Positions 61,578 to 64,000 of a stretch of DNA of 64,000 nt are shown here, piece after piece. A program made the position numbers and the translations under genes. Location: the NCBI RefSeq assembly GCF_964213995.1, contig NC_135823.1:682001-746000 (forward strand), given 5' to 3'. Under the pieces are notes generated by a model. The model was not told the origin of the DNA. It made no database searches and was given only the letters and a program-made list of their open reading frames with translations. The DNA comes from Mustelus asterias. Lineage: Eukaryota. The stretch's first letter is position 1. Every line of letters starts with the position of its first letter.

Positions 61578-62245
61578 TTTGATTTGATTTGGTTTGATTT
61601 GATTTGATTTATTATTGTCACATGTACTGGGATACAATGAAATATTTTTTTTCTTATGCGCTATACACAAAGCATACCGTTCCGAGAGAATGAAACGAGA
61701 GCGTGCAGGATGTAATGTTACAGTCAGAGACAGGGTGTAGAGAAAGATCAATTGAATGCATGGTAAGCCCATTCAAAAGTCTTATGGCTGCAGGGAAGAA
61801 GCTGTTCATGAGTCGGTTGGGACTTGACATCAGACTTTTGTATCTTTTTCCCGACGGGAGAAGGTGGAATAGAGAATGTCCGGGGTGCGTGAGGTCTTTA
61901 GTTATGCTGCTGCTTTGCCGAAGCAGCGGGAAAGTTCAATGGATGAGAGGCTGGATTGCGTGAAGTAATGAGCTACATTCACGACCTTTTGTAGTTTCTT
62001 GCGGTCTTGGACAGAGCAGGAGCCATACCAAGCCGTGATACAAACAGAAAGAATTATTTCTATGGTGCATCTGTAAAAGTTGTTGGGAGTCTTAGCTGAC
62101 ATACCACATTTTCTTCGTCTTCTGAGAAAGTAGAGGCGTTGGTGCACCTTCTTAACTACAGTGTCGGCAAGGAGGGACCAGGGCAGGTTGTTGGTGATCT
62201 GGACACATAAACACTTGAAGCTCTCGATCGTTTCTACTTCTATAT
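61578..62245 (-). mobile_element. Rex1-type LINE 3' fragment
   Basis: HQRLYFLRR...FYRCTIE.ILSVCITAWYGSC; (TTTGA)n tail. Confidence 0.85.
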
Positions 62246-62409
62246 TGTGCTTGGGCGAGGAACTGGAATGAAATAAGTTGCCTCTTTTATGAAATATGTC
62301 TCTTGTTGCTCAATGACCCCTTCATTCCACGAAGGTAACTCTGTTTTTAGCATTGAGAGCGATTGAAAACAGGAAGCGTTGAAGATACTTGGCATTGGAA
62401 ATATTTCAC

Positions 62410-62750
62410 ATTGTCCCGATTGTCAGGCAGTGACTAATGGGGTATCACAAGGATCTGTGCTGGGACCCCAACTGTTCACATTATATTAGTGACCTGTAAG
62501 AGGGAATTTACTGCATCATCTCCAAGTTTGCAGATGATGCAAAGTTGGTTGGGACGTTGAGTTGCGAGGAGGATGCAGTGACGCTTCAGTGCGATTTGGA
62601 TTGGCTGAGTGTATGGGCATCTGCACGGCAGGTGCCGTATAATGTGGCAAAATGTGAGGCTGCCCACTTCAGCAGGAATAATAGGAAGGCAGATTATTAT
62701 TTGAATGGGTGTAAATTGAGCGAGATCTTAGTACCCTTGTGCATCAATCA
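62410..62750 (+). mobile_element. Degraded CR1 RT fragment
   Basis: QGSVLGP and KFADD-like motifs at DNA level. Confidence 0.7.
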
Positions 62751-63369
62751 CTGAACACGGGGCGGCACGGTAGCACAATGGTTAGCAGTGCTTCTTCACA
62801 GAGCCAGGGACCCGGATTCAATTCGTGGCTTGGGTCATTGTCCGTGTGGAGTTTCCACGTTCTCCCCGTGTCTGCGTGGGTTTCCTCCGTTGCTCCAGTT
62901 TCCTCCCACATTCTGAAAGACGTGCTGGTTTGTTCCATTGATCCGAACAGGCGCCGGAGTGTGGCGACAAGGGGAATTTCACAATAACTCCATTGCAGTG
63001 TTAATGTCAGCTTTACGGGTACAGTAGGCAATAATCTCTGATATCTCTTCTTTCCATTGAACTGCTCCTACAGAAACAAATAATGAATAACTGTCATACA
63101 GCATTCTAATGGATTTTGGGATACAATTTTCAGTACTTTTTGTTCGATTTTTCATGGACTTTTTGAACCGCGTTGCTACTTTAGGCGATTTGTGAAGCTA
63201 TTCACTCGAATCCCAAATATTCCTCGAAACCATTCAGACAATAGTTTTGCAAGGAGTGATTGGGAGACTGGTGGTCTCATCAAAAAGCAGTACCTGACAC
63301 TTAATCCGTCCGGAAATCAATTTAAAATTAACATACCCACCTTGCAAGATTGTAATTTGTTATTGATGT

Positions 63370-64000
63370 GAGAATGTCTACTCCTGGTACGAGTGCGATC
63401 TGTAGTCCGTCTGAATCTGCAGTGAGTCTATTCCTGTCAACTGAACCCTCATAATGTCCAATGCTGGAATGGGAATATTACTGGGTGCAGTTTGCCCAAG
63501 ATTGTTTCAAAACGTGGAGATGATTTATTCCTGGGAATCGTGTGACATGGGAATGTTCAGAACATGAGGATTGTATGTTCCTGGCGAGAGAGTGGCGCAT
63601 GAATGGCGGAAATTGAAGAAGGACTAATCCTGGAAAGAGTTAGACCCTAAACCAGGAGTATGTATGTTCTCGATAATTGTGCGCAAAACTGAGATTACAG
63701 AGGGTCTATTCCTGGGAGCTACATGACCTGGAGTCTGAATGAGGCGTAACAGAATGTATTCCTTGGAAGAATGATTGCAGGGAATGTTTGAAAACCAGAG
63801 GTGATCTGTTCCCTGAGAATAGTCTGCCCTGGAAAGGTCTCACACAGTCGAGCGTCCATTCTTGGGATATGTGTATAGAGGAGGTTGTCAAAATCTAGAG
63901 AGGATCTATGCCTGCGAGATTTCTGTTCAAGAGATTGTGTTTATTTTGTGTGAATCAATTCCTTGGAAGAGCGTCCAAACAGAAGTGCTGAAAGCTTGCG
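63370..64000. repeat. Highly diverged tandem array with ~50-bp period and conserved TCTATTCCTGGGA-like core
   Basis: Core anchors at 63382, 63432, 63479, 63529, 63579, 63628, 63668, 63710, 63760, 63810, 63860, 63910 and 63960. Confidence 0.75.

Noticed and set aside
63370-64000. CRISPR array
   Set aside because: The context is eukaryotic, the cores are short and degenerate, the spacers show residual mutual similarity, and there are no cas genes.

Overview
This is vertebrate genomic DNA, almost certainly from a shark or other elasmobranch, judging by its repeats: HE1-type V-SINEs, CR1/HER1-like LINEs, Rex1/Babar-type LINEs and Penelope-like elements. Most of the window is transposon debris, and most ORFs in the supplied track are by-products of it. 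The main host gene is a complete six-exon + strand immunoglobulin-superfamily gene (CDS 18669-28505, 912 nt, 303 aa) that no single ORF in the track shows. Its layout is leader / germline-joined V-J (YYC...FGNG) / C1 / Cys-stalk plus uncharged TM / cytoplasmic / terminal exon with a TLYARL ITSM/ITIM-type motif. All five introns are GT-AG and phase-compatible. It looks like a non-rearranging, TCR-chain-shaped inhibitory or switch receptor of the PRARP/VJ-C1 type. Its C1 domain reads C-T-Y where Y-x-C is canonical. Other contents: (1) a decayed endogenous retrovirus (52.2-60.4 kb) with two Gag zinc knuckles, an in-frame UGA-CGG gag/pol junction, candidate accessory ORFs between pol and env, a gamma-type env and a 3' LTR only; (2) Penelope-derived fold-back insertions carrying minimal hammerhead-ribozyme motifs; (3) inverted duplications; (4) a probable first exon of a GPR139-like GPCR at 61.0 kb; (5) a highly diverged 50-bp-period array at the window end. 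All calls are by eye, and repeat boundaries are approximate.
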